Assembly: GCF_041146345.1 (NCBI RefSeq)
Contig: NW_027191404.1
Coordinates: forward strand, 1,736,001-1,800,000
Length of the DNA: 64,000 nucleotides
Reading direction: 5' to 3'
Origin: Neodothiora populina
Lineage: Eukaryota
In this document: one piece after another, positions 12,192 through 25,478 of the stretch
Layout: every line of letters starts with the position of its first letter
Position numbering within the stretch: the stretch's first letter is position 1
Position numbers and translations under genes: made by a program
The notes under the pieces: model-generated
Seen by the model: only the letters and a program-made list of their open reading frames with translations
What the model was told of the DNA's origin: nothing
Database searches by the model: none

Positions 12192-14055
12192 ATGGTCTAT
12201 GGCGGAAGACCAAGCAGAGGTATAAGTCCCCGAAAACCTGCATCAGACTTGGACTAATGTGATCTGTAGGGTGTGAAACATGCAAGAAAAGGAAAATCAA
12301 GGTACAAGGCTTCCAAGATCGACGACCATTATGCCTGCTCACGGACTAATCGAGTGTAGTGCGATGAGAAGCGGCCAACATGTCTGCAATGCAAGAAAAG
12401 CTCGCGAACATGTCTGGGATATCCAGATGAAGCAGACTTGATATTCCGCAATCAAAACGACAAGATTGCTGGACGATCACAGAAGTCGAAAAAACCTAAA
12501 GACAGGCCATTGCCAGCTCCTGAGTAAGTATGCTAGACGTCGGTACATATCAACAGCGATAGTTCTCAACTGACCACTTCCGGCTCGCCAGTAGTACGCA
12601 AAGTGAATCTGGAAAGACTGCTTTGCAGCTACGCAGGAAACATGATCGTGCAGTCTTGCCGTCCTCAGCCGGTTATAGATTTGAAGATGTGCCACAAGAA
12701 GGCGCTACGTTCTCCCTGCATCCGCCTCCTACTGTTCCAATGGAGGAGCAAGTTGTCCAGGTGTACTTCAAAAACTTCAGGGCCTTGTATTACAATGAAG
12801 ACACGATCCAAGGCTTTTTGCCCTACCTAGTGCCAATGTACCAGACTTCGAAACGAAATTCGGCTCTGAGAATTGCCACGCGCGCTACAGCGCTTTGTGC
12901 TATTTCTCAGCTTCCTGCACAACGACATCTGACCTATCATGCAACTGCAATGTACACTAGAGCGATCATAGCAGTCTCATCTGCGCTGCAAGATCCAGCG
13001 GAAGCAAGGTCAGATGAAACTCTACAGGCCACTTTGCTTCTCTGTCTTTATGAGGTATGTTCATCTCAATTTGTTTTGGTGCTAGTCTGTTGTGTCTGAG
13101 GATGACAACTTGCTCACACATATTTTAGTCGATAAGGGCTTCCGACAACACTATCACGGCGTGGTCTAATCATGTCGATGGTGCTACCGCGCTGGTTCGA
13201 GCGAGAGGAAGCAGTCAATTTGCCAACACGCAGAGCTTGTCGCTATTTCGCGCAGCTAGGACCCAGATGCTCACGAACTGCATTAGACAGGAGATTCCAC
13301 CCCCTCCATTCCCTGGAGAACGGGGGTGGCTAGGCGATGGCGTCTACACTGGCGAGCTACAGGATCTCACACAATGTGCAATAGACTTGTCACATTTGTT
13401 ATCGCAAGCCAAGGATCTGCTTAAACAAGAACGCAGCCCTCCAACAATGAGGACTATGTCAAACTTCATCGAGATAGCATACGCCCTCACTGTCAGAATG
13501 ACGAAGATTGTTCCCAGTTTGCCTGATTCGTGGCAGCCAAGGACAATAGCCTATATCAACACAGAACCTGAGGATCCGGGGTCAGCCGAAGCATGGGTTG
13601 GCCCAGTGCATGCGTACACTGATGTCTACATCGCCAGTGTACTCAACAAGCTTCGATCTGTTTGCATGTTCTCCACGTGGATCGTCATGGATTGCATTGC
13701 CTGGCTTTTTCCAGATAGCCACGAGCTTGATGGACGGTGGCAACACAGTAAACATGTGGAGCAGACAATGATCGATGATATGTGCTCGAGCGTCCCATTC
13801 GTACTACGATGGCGATCAGAAGCAACAGCCAAGTCACTTGATCAGATGGAGACTATTGCCGATCTGATAGGAGGCCTCTCTTTGGTATGGCCATTAGGGG
13901 GCGCTGTGTTCTCGCCTCGGATTGACCCGGGACAGAAAGCGTGGATTTGGGGCAGACTGCGAAAGATTTCACAAGAAGGACTCGAACAGGCATCATTGCT
14001 GGAAACAGATGTTAAGAGAACACTTGATTCATTTCTAAATCGCCCATTATACTAG
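12192..14055 (+). CDS. Zn(II)2Cys6 transcription factor
   Basis: Spliced N-terminus MVYGGRPSR|GCETCKKRKIK|CDEKRPTCLQCKKSSRTCLGY, from exons 12192-12219, 12270-12301 and 12360-12523, then 12592-13054 and 13129-14055. The middle region has ALQDP...DETLQATLLLCLYE...HVDGATALVRARG. Confidence 0.9.
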
Positions 14056-14686
14056 GTAGAAACAAGCTTCGCTGACCGCGGGTCGATCAGTAAGAAACAA
14101 GGTCAAGGTACAGGGTAACAGCATGTCAGGGCTGGCAGTGGTAGCTACCATCGTCAATCAATAAAGTTTTCGTCTCAGCTGCTGAAATTGTTCGATGTGA
14201 TGAAGGAATGTCACACGATGCTCCGATAATCTTCATAGCACTCCACTAGGATATGACTATGAGGTATACTGTAGTCAGCCTTGTGCGTGTGCAAGACATT
14301 TTTAGATGATTGATTTGAACAAGCTTTCGCATAATTAGGTAGGTGGTTCATCTCCTCGATAGCGGAACAAATGAGCTTGGCTGTCTCCGAACTGCTTGAG
14401 AAGCATTCGCAATCGAAAGTGGACCACATCGATTAAGCTTGACTATCGGATCCGCGCCAAGTGCCCCGGATTCGTGTGTGACGCTGCTCAGGTGGGACTT
14501 GGGCGGCTGTGCAAAGCAAGCATGACATTGACAGTCTTGATTTCCGCCCACAATAACCAAGCAAACCAAGAAACCTTTCGTGTTTTAATCGTACACTTCC
14601 CACCCACTATAATTGACTCCGTATCCCTTTTGCTTTCGCAATCATCGTATAAGTCTTGTTCTGGTCTCATATTGATTACCGACGAT

Positions 14687-15329
14687 ATGGGTGCACTCGG
14701 CAAACTTCTCCCCCTTGTGGTTCTCCTAGTGATCGTCGGGATCGCTGCGTTCGTTGGATATCAGGTAAAGTACCACCATTGTATCATCCTGACTCGGAGG
14801 GTGATCCCTTGTGGTAACGAAATGTGGCTAATCATTCTTTGTTAATCACCTTCAGATCTATCTCTGGAGCAATGAGATGGCAGACCGCGGCAAGCGTCAC
14901 ATGGACAAGAAAAATGTATCTTTCTCCAAGGAAGGCATGAAGGTCGGCGTCAAGCAAGTGAATGATGAAGAATACGCGGACAAGACGCAAAGGTAAGCTT
15001 AACTTCGACGGCTTGGTCATGTTATCATCAGCTGATATCGCATACAGCTATCTGGTCAAAGTGTGGAATTACTCGTCCTTTCCGGCGTACAAGTCGCGCC
15101 TTGGTTGGAACTCTCAAGCAACACCTAGTGCTTCGAGCTCAGGCTCAACGTAAGTATGCTCCTAAAGCCGCTTCTCCACAGCCACAACCGTCTTGACGCA
15201 AATCACAGCAAACCGCCACAGAGTCGACCAATTTCTAAGTCCAGCTCGAGCGCGCCAGGGCTTAACGTTCCCAAAGAGACCATTATTGGGTCTCGCAAGT
15301 CTGTCAGCCCAGGTGCTTTCCCACAATGA
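14687..15329 (+). CDS. Small N-terminally membrane-anchored hypothetical protein (~145 aa)
   Basis: Four exons (14687-14764, 14856-14992, 15048-15149, 15209-15329) joined by canonical introns give MGALGKLLPLVVLLVIVGIAAFVGYQIYLWSNEMADRGKRHMDKKNVSFSKEGMKVGVKQVNDEEYADKTQSYLVKVWN...PGAFPQ*. Confidence 0.8.
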
Positions 15330-18300
15330 TGGGTTCTTTCTTATAGTGTTGGTGTGCTGAGATTGAAAACCATCGCCTCGCGAGGCTACTTGACTCGCTA
15401 GATATTACAAGACCTTATGCCACACTTTGACGATAAAGCCCCAGCTAGTGCTAATCTCCGCTGTCTTGTGGGCAGGCGAGCTAATGGAGCCATGAACTCG
15501 AGCGTAGCTTCTTCCACCTAGTATATTACACATCTTATGCTCTTCCTTACCAGCTATCACGCACTCAGAACGCTGGCTGTCTCAAGGCACTCCGCCTATG
15601 CAATAATGAAACCGCAATGCTATTCACTGGGGCGGAAATTGCGGGGGTTCGCCGCCCTTGCCCGGAGCTGAGCAGACAAAGCAACCATAGCTAAGGGCAT
15701 CTTTAACCGCTCTAGGTGCTTGACCTCGGTACGAGTGGAAGAGTCTAAAGCTCGTATCTGACATGCCGGGTGGCCTCTACCGATACGCACGTAATTGGGA
15801 CCAAATGTCAATCGTGCGAAAGGCCATGCAACCTTCGTAATACGATAATCATGGAGTGACTAAGCTGTGGTATACTGCACATACAGAACAACTTGAGAAT
15901 TTCTACATGCTCATCGAAATCAACCCCCTTGGGCGGAGCAACACGCATGGACGTGATACAAATATTGGTCAAGGTGATGACACTCGGAGGGTAGCGCTAG
16001 AAAGATACGACTTGTTCTAGCGGGGCGATTGACGTCCGGCACGATCAGGCTTGCCCAATGTCTCACGTGGGTGCTGGACAAGGTATAATGAAGCGAGCTG
16101 AGCCTCAAATCTTCACCTTTAATTTCCTACCTTAACAGGGAAGCCAAATTCGACCTCAGGCCAAGGCTCTGTGCCCGTTGCGCGCGTGTCATGCAACATC
16201 GCTGGAGGCATTTGATTGTGGAGGATGCGAGATGATGGACATTAATGCCAATGCCCACCCATGGCTAAGACTCCTTGGCTGGAGTTACTAAGGACGGGGG
16301 GCAGCAGCCCGTAAAATGTGCAGAGTATTGCCTATGGCTGGGAGCAGGGGAACTCCACTAATAGCGATACGGTCTCACGACGGTCCCGAAGACACCATCT
16401 ATGCGGAACAGAGGCACCATAGAACTGCTACGGAAATCGGGACCAAATCCTAGGAGTGCAGCTCAAGGGCTGCTGCTTGTGCTGACGTGGCCCACAAAAG
16501 TCGAATCAGGGTAAAAGTCCAAGAGCGCAGTGCCCCGATGACCTGTCGTTCATTACCCAAGAAAGGATAAGGTAGGCCAAGCCTGCGGCTTGCCATGCGT
16601 AATTCAAGCTTAAACTGTTTTGAATCAGCTGAGCCCACAACGCCATGACCTCGATTCGATGTGCACATCGGAGGAGCACACTTCGGCGTATCCTGGCGAT
16701 TGATATACACGCGGACAAGCGACAATATTTCGTCCAAATGATAATTGGTTCATCTATGCATCCCCTGCCTGTCTGAACGATATTCCACAGGTGCAAGGTG
16801 CGGTACTGGACGCATGAGTCCGTCTCTTTCCGATGAGAGGATTGAGCGGCAAACACGATCTTGGCAGTCTTGGGCTAAGGCGAGCCCAGCCCTTGTGGGG
16901 CAACACGAATGCTTGGCCCGAGTAAGCATAGTGAGGGCGATAGAGTTGGAGGATCAAACGGCATCTAGTCTATCTCATGACATCGAAGACACAGAGGTCT
17001 CATATCGAAGGATCCAGTCTACCGTAGCCGCGCTGATTATCTCTGTCAGAGACTCAACGTTGCCAAAATCACGATCAGTGTGTGGGCAATGGGACAAGGA
17101 ACGTTGGTCTATTGGGGCACCGAACAAGCGCCACTTCGCGTAGAGATGTAACATATGTGGGTGAGGGCACAGATAAAGTTATGCTTAACAATTAGGCGTG
17201 ACCCGCTCAAGACCAGGCAAGACATGGTGCCGCGTGAGCAAATGGGGGACCACGAACAGCCGCACGTCTGTGAAATCGCTGGGTTGTACAGAAGCTTCGG
17301 CGAATCATTGGGCAGAGATGACACATGACGAAAATCGAAGCCCTGTGGACGACGATCTGGATGTGCTTACCACGTCGCACTATGCTCAGTGGCAGTGTCG
17401 TATATGTTCTATCCTCCAGGCGCCACTTCAGCCTGCGCATGCAGCTCTGCAGACTTCGACGAACTGGTGTTCGGTAGTCAACGAGGAGCCTCGATTATCT
17501 GCACGAGGAGTGGCTCCTCGGGTCTGTCGGCAGCAAAGGAGCAGACTATCAACGCTCCGTTATGTCCGGTAATTTCATCAGGTAATAATATGCAAGTGAT
17601 GGAGATCACGTACTTAATGGTAGTCAGAAATTAGAGGCCATATTACTCACAGATCGTGGGTGGGGTGGGAGTGTGCGCTTAGGAAGAATTGGGGGGTGTC
17701 AGATAAGCAAATCGTAGCTTACCTTAAACCTCTCGTTCCAGCCACCAAGCTCAAAACGATGGGGAATCTGGGAAGGCAATGAGCGGCGCAAAGTATCTAG
17801 TAAATCTTGGCTCTCGGCTCGACCAGCGAAAGCGCGCGCAACACGGTAAGGCACATGTATTCGTATCATTCCTTTTCTTACCATAAACTCCTGTCTTTCC
17901 GTTCTTTCCCTCTTCTCGCCCGCTTTCCTTGTTTTGCCTATTACGAGTCACGGTCCGCTCACCATCGAACCGCCGGTCCGTCCCCCATAACTTCAACACG
18001 ACAGCCGTATCTTCATACAATTCAGCACCGCTGCCTTGCCTATAGTCCAAGACTGGACTTTGTGATACGAGGGAGGCTGCTCTGATTCTTTCCAGCTACG
18101 TTGCGAGGACTGGTTCATCGCGTAGATCATAGCAAACATTGCCTGGTGACTGGCTGCAAGAGGTTTTCCTTTTCGACGCCTGTGAATTGCAATTAAGCAT
18201 TGAACTGCCACACTTTTAAAGTCAAGTGCGCCTCCGCCTGACGTGTGTTGTTCCTGTCTGATCACGACTTCTTCGAGAAATCAGACAAGACCTTTCCAAC

Positions 18301-18365
18301 TTTCATTTTCAATCATTCTCAGTCATCACCCGTAATTTGCGAATCAAGGATCAAAAGCAGAAGTC

Positions 18366-19817
18366 ATGGAGACGTATCACGGACATGTTCGCACGCCTGC
18401 GGATGCCATCATCCTTTTCGAGGCGTGTCGCGTTGGCTTATTGCCCCGTGTGCAGCGTCGCTTGTCTGAGAAAGAGCGCCTGTCAATCAAGTCTGGATCC
18501 GTCTTTGTGTGGGACGAACGGGAGGCAGGCATGAGGCGCTGGACGGACGGCAAATCATGGAGCGCAAGTCGCGTGTCAGGCAGCTTCTTGACTTACCGAG
18601 AGATGGAGGGAAAGCGCGGAGGCAATGGCTTCGCTGCCCCAAGATCTAATAGAGATGGCCTGAAAGGCAGCGAGCATGAGTCTGCCGACGACGGTCCTGA
18701 TGGCTATCGCTACAAGCCAGATGGGCTCATGAAGCAGTCCTTCAGCATCACCACATCAACTGGTCAGCACTTGCACCTCATCAGCTACTTTGCCCGTTCT
18801 TCGGCGGTCTCGCAGAACCTACAACAGCCGTCGAATGACTCACAGCTTCGTCACATCCGTCCGGAGAAGGGCATGTATCCCGAGTCAACTGTGCATGAGC
18901 AGAACACCATTCCCGCCGTCACACGTGGGCCAATGACGAGTCCGGCATTTGCTCCTTCTCCACATCAGCCTGCCAATATGGGTAATGGCTTGTCATATGC
19001 CAGACCACCACCTCACCCATCTCATTATCCGATGGGCTACGCACCTGGTTGGGCTCCACCGAGCCCGATGCACACCCCACCGCCATACTCCCCATATTAT
19101 CACAATTCTCACCAGCAACATCCCCAGTCGATCGGCCATTCGCCGCACCCTTCAATTGGACACTCGCCGCTGCAACATATGCATCACGCCTACCCACCTC
19201 CTTCACATGCCTACGCACCGGTCCTTACTCCGTTCGATCGCGCTCCAGCTCCGCTCACCAACAGCAACACGTTGCCTCCACCGCCACCGCCGCCGTCGTC
19301 AACATCTCATCAACATATGCCACCTATGCATAATGGTCCCATGCCGCCTATGCACAACGGCCACTCGTCCCACCACTCATCGCATTCGCATTCGCATTCG
19401 CATACCCTCCCTGAAGTGTCGCCTCGTCCGGATGTCAGGCATGAGCAGCCATCTCACGCGCCGTCTAGATCTGCCAACATGGTCATAGATCCGAGTCTGA
19501 CCGCATCAACAAACAATGATGCGAAGAGATATGAGAGTCACTCATCCTCGCATGCTTCGGCCGGAGCACAGAGGACTGATGATCACAAAGGCCACTCAGC
19601 TCAACCACCACCGAGCAGCGCGACTACGATTCCGAGTATCAGCGCCCTCATCAACGAGACCTCAGGCCCTGCTCCTCCAGTTCGATCAAGTAGCCGTAGT
19701 CCCAACGGGCCTCAGCAGCGCCATACACAGGATATTCCTCCTTACAAGATGGGCTATGATCCTGCAAGAGACGTCCAGGCGCTGCGTCACCTGGATAAGG
19801 CGACCCTGAGGTTTTAA
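18366..19817 (+). CDS. pac2: Gti1/Pac2 (WOPR) family transcription factor, Pac2 type
   Basis: METYHGHVRTPADAIILFEACRVGLLPRVQRRLSEKER...SGSVFVWDEREAGMRRWTDGKSWSASRV...YKPDGLMKQSFSI...HLISY is the WOPR domain with the Pac2-type signature. Followed by a Pro/His-rich tail. Confidence 0.93.
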   Translation: METYHGHVRTPADAIILFEACRVGLLPRVQRRLSEKERLSIKSGSVFVWDEREAGMRRWTDGKSWSASRVSGSFLTYREMEGKRGGNGFAAPRSNRDGLKGSEHESADDGPDGYRYKPDGLMKQSFSITTSTGQHLHLISYFARSSAVSQNLQQPSNDSQLRHIRPEKGMYPESTVHEQNTIPAVTRGPMTSPAFAPSPHQPANMGNGLSYARPPPHPSHYPMGYAPGWAPPSPMHTPPPYSPYYHNSHQQHPQSIGHSPHPSIGHSPLQHMHHAYPPPSHAYAPVLTPFDRAPAPLTNSNTLPPPPPPPSSTSHQHMPPMHNGPMPPMHNGHSSHHSSHSHSHSHTLPEVSPRPDVRHEQPSHAPSRSANMVIDPSLTASTNNDAKRYESHSSSHASAGAQRTDDHKGHSAQPPPSSATTIPSISALINETSGPAPPVRSSSRSPNGPQQRHTQDIPPYKMGYDPARDVQALRHLDKATLRF

Positions 19818-22696
19818 GGGATATATGACAATGACTGGCCATTTTATTCATGCGCTGTTACACTATACTACTAGTCTTTCTTACATGTTACGAGCCTCAC
19901 CCGACCACAGGTGCATGTTTTACTTATTTGGCGCAAAGGGAGGACGACGTTGTCGCATCACAGAGGCTTTCTTTGAGCGATTCATTCCAGGCAGGCGTTG
20001 GCCTTCACTTGTTGTAATTCTTCGACACGTAACATAGCTCGGCGCACGAGCGACACTTTGATCTGTATCTCGTGTCGCAATATCATACAGCGAGGGCGCA
20101 AGTTATGCGCTCTCACCGCCCGTTTTGTTCTCCTTGCATACTTCGCGACCTCTAGTTTAATGAATTGGCATCGCTATCTTTCTCCCATATCAGCGATGTC
20201 CAAGGTAGGGATCTTGCATTGGTCCTCTCGCTACAATGTGTACTTCCTTAGCTGTGCTTGTAGGGGGGCCTCATCTACGGCAACAATGTAGATATGCAGG
20301 GTGCAAGAATGGATGGTCAAGAGACCCGACAGAGATGGTGAAACACCCATGCGGGAGAGACCAGGGATGCGGAAAGGACTCGGGATACGCACGTCGTCGA
20401 ACACGAACATGAAAATGAAGTGATGGCGTTTGGAGGAGGAGGCTCCCACGTGAGATTCTGTTGTCAAAACACAAGCTTGCTTGGTTTCGAGTGCGAGGTG
20501 TACTACAGTACAGTACATGAATGTTTGAGGTTCTATCCCTTCCTTGTTTCGCGAATCTGAAACATGGAGGATACCCGTCTGCAGTTCAAGGAGTCCTTAT
20601 CTGCCTGGGCGTGAGTGTGTGTGTGACACGTATTTGGCTTGTCTGAATCGAGGCGTTCCACTGATCATCGGAACACAGGGTGCGTTGTTAGTTAAGGTAC
20701 TTGTACTTGACACTGTGCGGTGTGAGATCTCGTGCGTGAAGCTTGTTCAACTGTTTCATCGTTACGGGTCACCTCGTCCTCGTGTCTGCATAGAGTATTA
20801 TTGCAAGTAGCCTTTACATCTACTTCGTACTGCATGTGCCTAATATGATAAAGTCTTGTTCTTTCCTCCCATCCGGACGATCATCTACTAGAACGTCATG
20901 CTTTCCCTGACATGTGCCAAAAGTGTAAGGTACCTGCTTTTTACCTTTGCCTACCTTGCATGTACAAGCTACAGTCTTTGCATTACTGTAACCTTTCGCT
21001 CTGCGGCTGTCTTATGTGCATCAAAACTCCGCCTTTCGCGAAAGGTTCCAGGATTAAGGTTGACTATTCCTTGTCCTGCCCTGTTTTTCCACGTGCTCGA
21101 TCGAATCGATGTTGTAGGTGCGGAATCCTGGCATTATTTGCTGCTTCCGAAAGCAAGTGTATTCGACCAGGTAGGTACCTGAGGTAGCTAGGTATGCACG
21201 CAAGCACGGGGCAAGAACGTGTGTTTGTCTTCGGTGCCCTTGTTCGAACCTATTATTGGGGGGGTTTGCCGTCTATAGGAGTTACCTTCTTTTGCCGCCG
21301 CCTGTCTTGTTACGCTCGTCCTCCCGAGCCGATGATCGACTCGGATATCGTCTCTCTCACATCTGAGTCGTCGGATCCGAAGTTTTATCGTTTGCGAGGA
21401 GGATCTAACACATGCGGCCCGTCTGCGAAACAAAGTCGATGTACTCGATATATATGGGAGCGGCGAGAAGGCCGTACAGGTTGTGGATATGCAAGGTACA
21501 CTCGCTGACTTCCGCTGGTCCACCCATCAATCGCCTGTTGTATCTCTGGTGTGCTGGTCAAGTCAAGATAAGGTTATATGGGATATAATGTACGACACGT
21601 CGAGTAAAGTCGGAGTTTTGGTTCATTCGCTGGGCTGCGCAGCCCGTCTTCTCCTGGACTTGCATGTACGTTATGTTTTTGGAAGATACGGTACCATCTT
21701 TAGCACCTTGTCCTTTTGCAAGTACGGAGTATCTAGGAGAATCTCACTGTACCTTCCATGGATTGCACGATCGACGTTCGGTCGTCCCACATCTCTACCC
21801 CGCGTACGGTGCTCCAGCTTCGATGGATAGTCGTGGAGGCTGAGAGATCGTGGCGTTTTGTTTGCGAAGCTAGCAGCCTTGTAGCTGTCGTCGAAGAACG
21901 AATAAGATGACAAGGAAAAAGGCCCTATCTACAGTAGGTAGTATTTTGACTTCGGAGATGGCGCGGGGAGGCGGCCTCACAAACACTGTGTCTGCTGTGT
22001 AAGGTCAGTTAGCCACGCCTAATATTTCCACTGTTATTTCTATTAGCAAGAACAGGCCTAAGCCTGACCTACTTTTATCGTATGACCACAGCTCCTGCAA
22101 CTTCATGCCACAAGGTCAAGTTACGGTGAGATCCTTCTGTACCTCGTCTCGATCTGCGAAATGTGCTTGCTTGCTTTTGCTGCTTGGCCCACGTTGTATT
22201 GCGTTTCAATTCGATTATCATTGCTAGCGCTATCGTTCCTCTTCTGGGTACACGTATAGCAACAAGGATGTTGGTCCTCCTCCTTCCTCTCTCCATTGAG
22301 CACTTAGGTAATGGTCCCCGAGCAGTCCTGGACCATGTAACATAACAAAAAAGAAACAACTGTTGTACTCATTACTAGACAATGATTTTGTATGTCTTCG
22401 CACGCGATACAGCGTCCGCACCATATCCAGCCAGCCGAGGTAGCTGTGGTTTATACTTGTATGTGTGATTATGCGGGGTTCTATATATTTACAGTAGGGT
22501 TCGTATAGCATCCATCTATCCATCCATCCCATACTATCCAATCACCGTCTCCTCATTAGTACTTCGCTACTACAACTACACCACCACCACCACCACCAAC
22601 AACACCTTTGGCGCATAACAACCAATACCAGAATAAAACAAGGAGTTTTCAAGTATCATAGAGCAGAGAATTGAAAAAGAAGAAAAAGAAAAAGCA

Positions 22697-23128
22697 ATGT
22701 CCAAATCCATATCCCCGTCCGAAGTCAAGGAACACGGCAGTGTTGAGAATGGACTGTACATCATCATAGACAATGGCGTGTACGAAATGGTGAGTTTTAC
22801 TGTCTTCCTCACCTGAAGCAAAATGATTTCTTGTGCCGTCGATATACAGTGTTTCGACCCTTGAGTGATTCATTGTTGGCTGATCGAACACTCCAAAGGC
22901 TGGTTTCGTGGACGAGCACCCCGGCGGAGCCAAGATTCTTAAACGAGTGGGTGGTAAAGGTAAGCAAAAAATGCCATCTTCCACCGCGACTACAAGAGAT
23001 ATAGGCCGGTGACTAAACGGGGAATAGATGCGTCAAAGCAGTTCTGGAAATATCACAACGAGGGCGTGCTCAAGAAGTATCAGTCGAGATTAAAGATTGG
23101 GGAAGTCAAGGAGGAGGTGAAGTTGTGA
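22697..23128 (+). CDS. Small soluble cytochrome b5-like heme-binding protein (~84 aa)
   Basis: Three exons (22697-22789, 22899-22959, 23028-23128) give MSKSISPSEVKEHGSVENGLYIIIDNGVYEMAGFVDEHPGGAKILKRVGGKDASKQFWKYHNEGVLKKYQSRLKIGEVKEEVKL*. Contains the HPGG heme motif and a second His; no transmembrane tail. Missed by the ORF track. Confidence 0.9.
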
Positions 23129-23316
23129 GATGGACTAGAGGTCAGCAGTCCGTTAGCACGATTTATAGAAATACATGTGACATCTTCGAGCCAACGATAA
23201 TTCAAATACAATGCATTGTGAAAGTAGCTCGTCGCAAAGGAAGGGGGTATTATATCATTGCTCTCTATTCTTTTTCCGCAAACCTCTATTGGGAAAGACA
23301 AGACAATGCCACGAGA

Positions 23317-24668
23317 TCACAACTCATCGTGGGAAGCCGGAGCAGGACGTCCACTGTCCTTTCCCAGGTCGACTCTGCCTTTCCTATGCTTCTCCCACGT
23401 GTTCCAAAAGTCCTTCTCCATGCCCTTGTCCATCTGGTCGGGCAAGACGACGACGTATTCGACGTGAAGGTTGCCGTACTCGGGTCCGTCTTCGTGGTGG
23501 AATACGGGCATTCCCTGGCCCTCTAGCACCTCGACGCTACCCGGTTGCACCACTTGACCTCTCTTGCGGGTGAGTCGAACTTCGTGTCCGTCCAAGTGCG
23601 TCAGCACACGTGTCCAGTCACCCATCCATGCTTCGCGGAGACTGAGCGCTTCACGCCAGAACAGATCGTTGCCTTTGCGCCTGAAGAAAGTGCCGTCTGT
23701 GCGATCCAACTTGTCACTGCCAATGCGCGGTTCCGCCTCGACTACATGGACAATCAGGTCACCCGCGACATACTCTGGGCTCTCGTCTGCCTCGTTCTCG
23801 AATGTGATGCGGACTCCATTGGGCATGCCCTTTTCTATGTGTAGAGTATGCGACTCTTCCTCGCGGACATGTGTGGTTCCGCCGCACGTCTTGCATTTGT
23901 GTCGGATGGTCGTTCCCTTGCCGCCGCAAGCATCGCAGGGTCTTTGCATCTGTTGGAAGATCCCTGGCGCGAGTTGGACCTTTTGAATCATGATGCCCTG
24001 GCCGTTACATCGCCCACAAGGGTCGACTTTGTGGTCTTCGCTACCTGTACCCTCGCATGCACTACAGATTGCTTGTTTCTGAAGCGTGATCTCGTGCTCT
24101 GCGCCGTTATAGAAGTCGCGAAGGGGGATCTGGACCTTGACTTCCATGTTGGGGCCTCTGCGTTGATCGGGGGTGCCAAAGTGCCCGCCTCCTCCAAAGA
24201 AGCGGGAGAACAGATCGAATGGGTTCTGTTGGGGTCGCCCGCCGCCCTGCTTGTGTTGCTTGACACCTTCGTGGCCATATTGGTCGTAGATCTTGCGAGT
24301 CTCGGGTTCGTTCAGTACTTCATATGCTTCTGCGACCTCGACGAACTTTTTGGCTACTTGGTCATCGCCTCTATAGCACGAAGAAGGCGCAGTCAGCTTT
24401 GGAGGACAATTTCATTGGGATCTCCTGCAGTTCGCACTCACGGGTTCTTGTCTGGGTGATACTTCTTGCTCAGAGTGCGATATGCCTTTTTGAGTTCGCG
24501 CTCTGAAGCACCCTTATCTACTCCCAGTAGCTGTTTATATAGTCAGTCTGAATGATTTTCATGTTACGCTCCCATATGCCAACGGGCACACACCTGATAG
24601 TAGTCCTCGGCACATAGTGCTAGAAGAGGTAATAGACACAGGAGTGCCAAAGTATGAAATAACAACAT
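23317..24668 (-). CDS. SCJ1: ER-luminal DnaJ co-chaperone (Scj1/Spj1)
   Basis: Signal peptide [21 protein letters not shown]-domain with HPD, CxxCxGxG zinc-finger repeats and C-terminal HDEL. Two introns near the 5' end. Confidence 0.92.
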
Positions 24669-25478
24669 CGAGGCGACACGAGCGCCAGACGTGGTAAAGT
24701 CCGAATGGGCTTTGTTTAACAGTCGAATTCTATAGTAGAACTATCATTCCGAGGCGTGAAGTTTGCCTGGCTGGGGCATATATAGGATATGTTCTGAGCG
24801 TAGTGTAGTCGAGACAGGGGACTCGAATAGCGGACAGCAACAACACTACTGAAGCTGTTTGAAATACGTAGACTGTCTCCAATGAGACCGAAGATATGCA
24901 ATAATACCTTACTCAACCCTTACGCTCAGCGGCCTCGCCAGCTGGCATATCCGGACTTTAGGCTTGTCTCCGGGAGGGTTTTATCTCGATTTATTGGTAT
25001 CTTCTGAACCCTTGCAAGTGCCGTCAACTTCACCTCGAGCCCCGACTTGCAGACACAATGGAGTTCGAGCCTTTGTCATAACATAGCAGCATATAAAGTG
25101 CTTCATAACTTGGGAGAGTTAGTCGACAAGTAAAACTGACAAGTCTGTGTACTTTGCACTGTCTCGTCTTATGCTTGATCTAAAAAGTGCCTTGCGCCTC
25201 GCAAAGATTTGTCCCTCGTTCCCAGGTCTGTGAACCTTCTTGCAGTGGTATCGTTCCGCCCTACAGCCATGTGTTTTCCCACAGTCCGCAAAAGCTCCTA
25301 TTATCATATACATAGAAGGAAAGAATAAAAAACATAAAAAGAAAGAATTTTGTTTAAAAAAAAAAGCACTCGGCAGAAAAGGAATTAGAATGCAGATGCG
25401 TGAAAAGCCAATATCGTTACACATCCAGTGGAACCAGCTTCAACTCTTCTCCGTGATTGTAAAGCCAGTGACGTGGTA

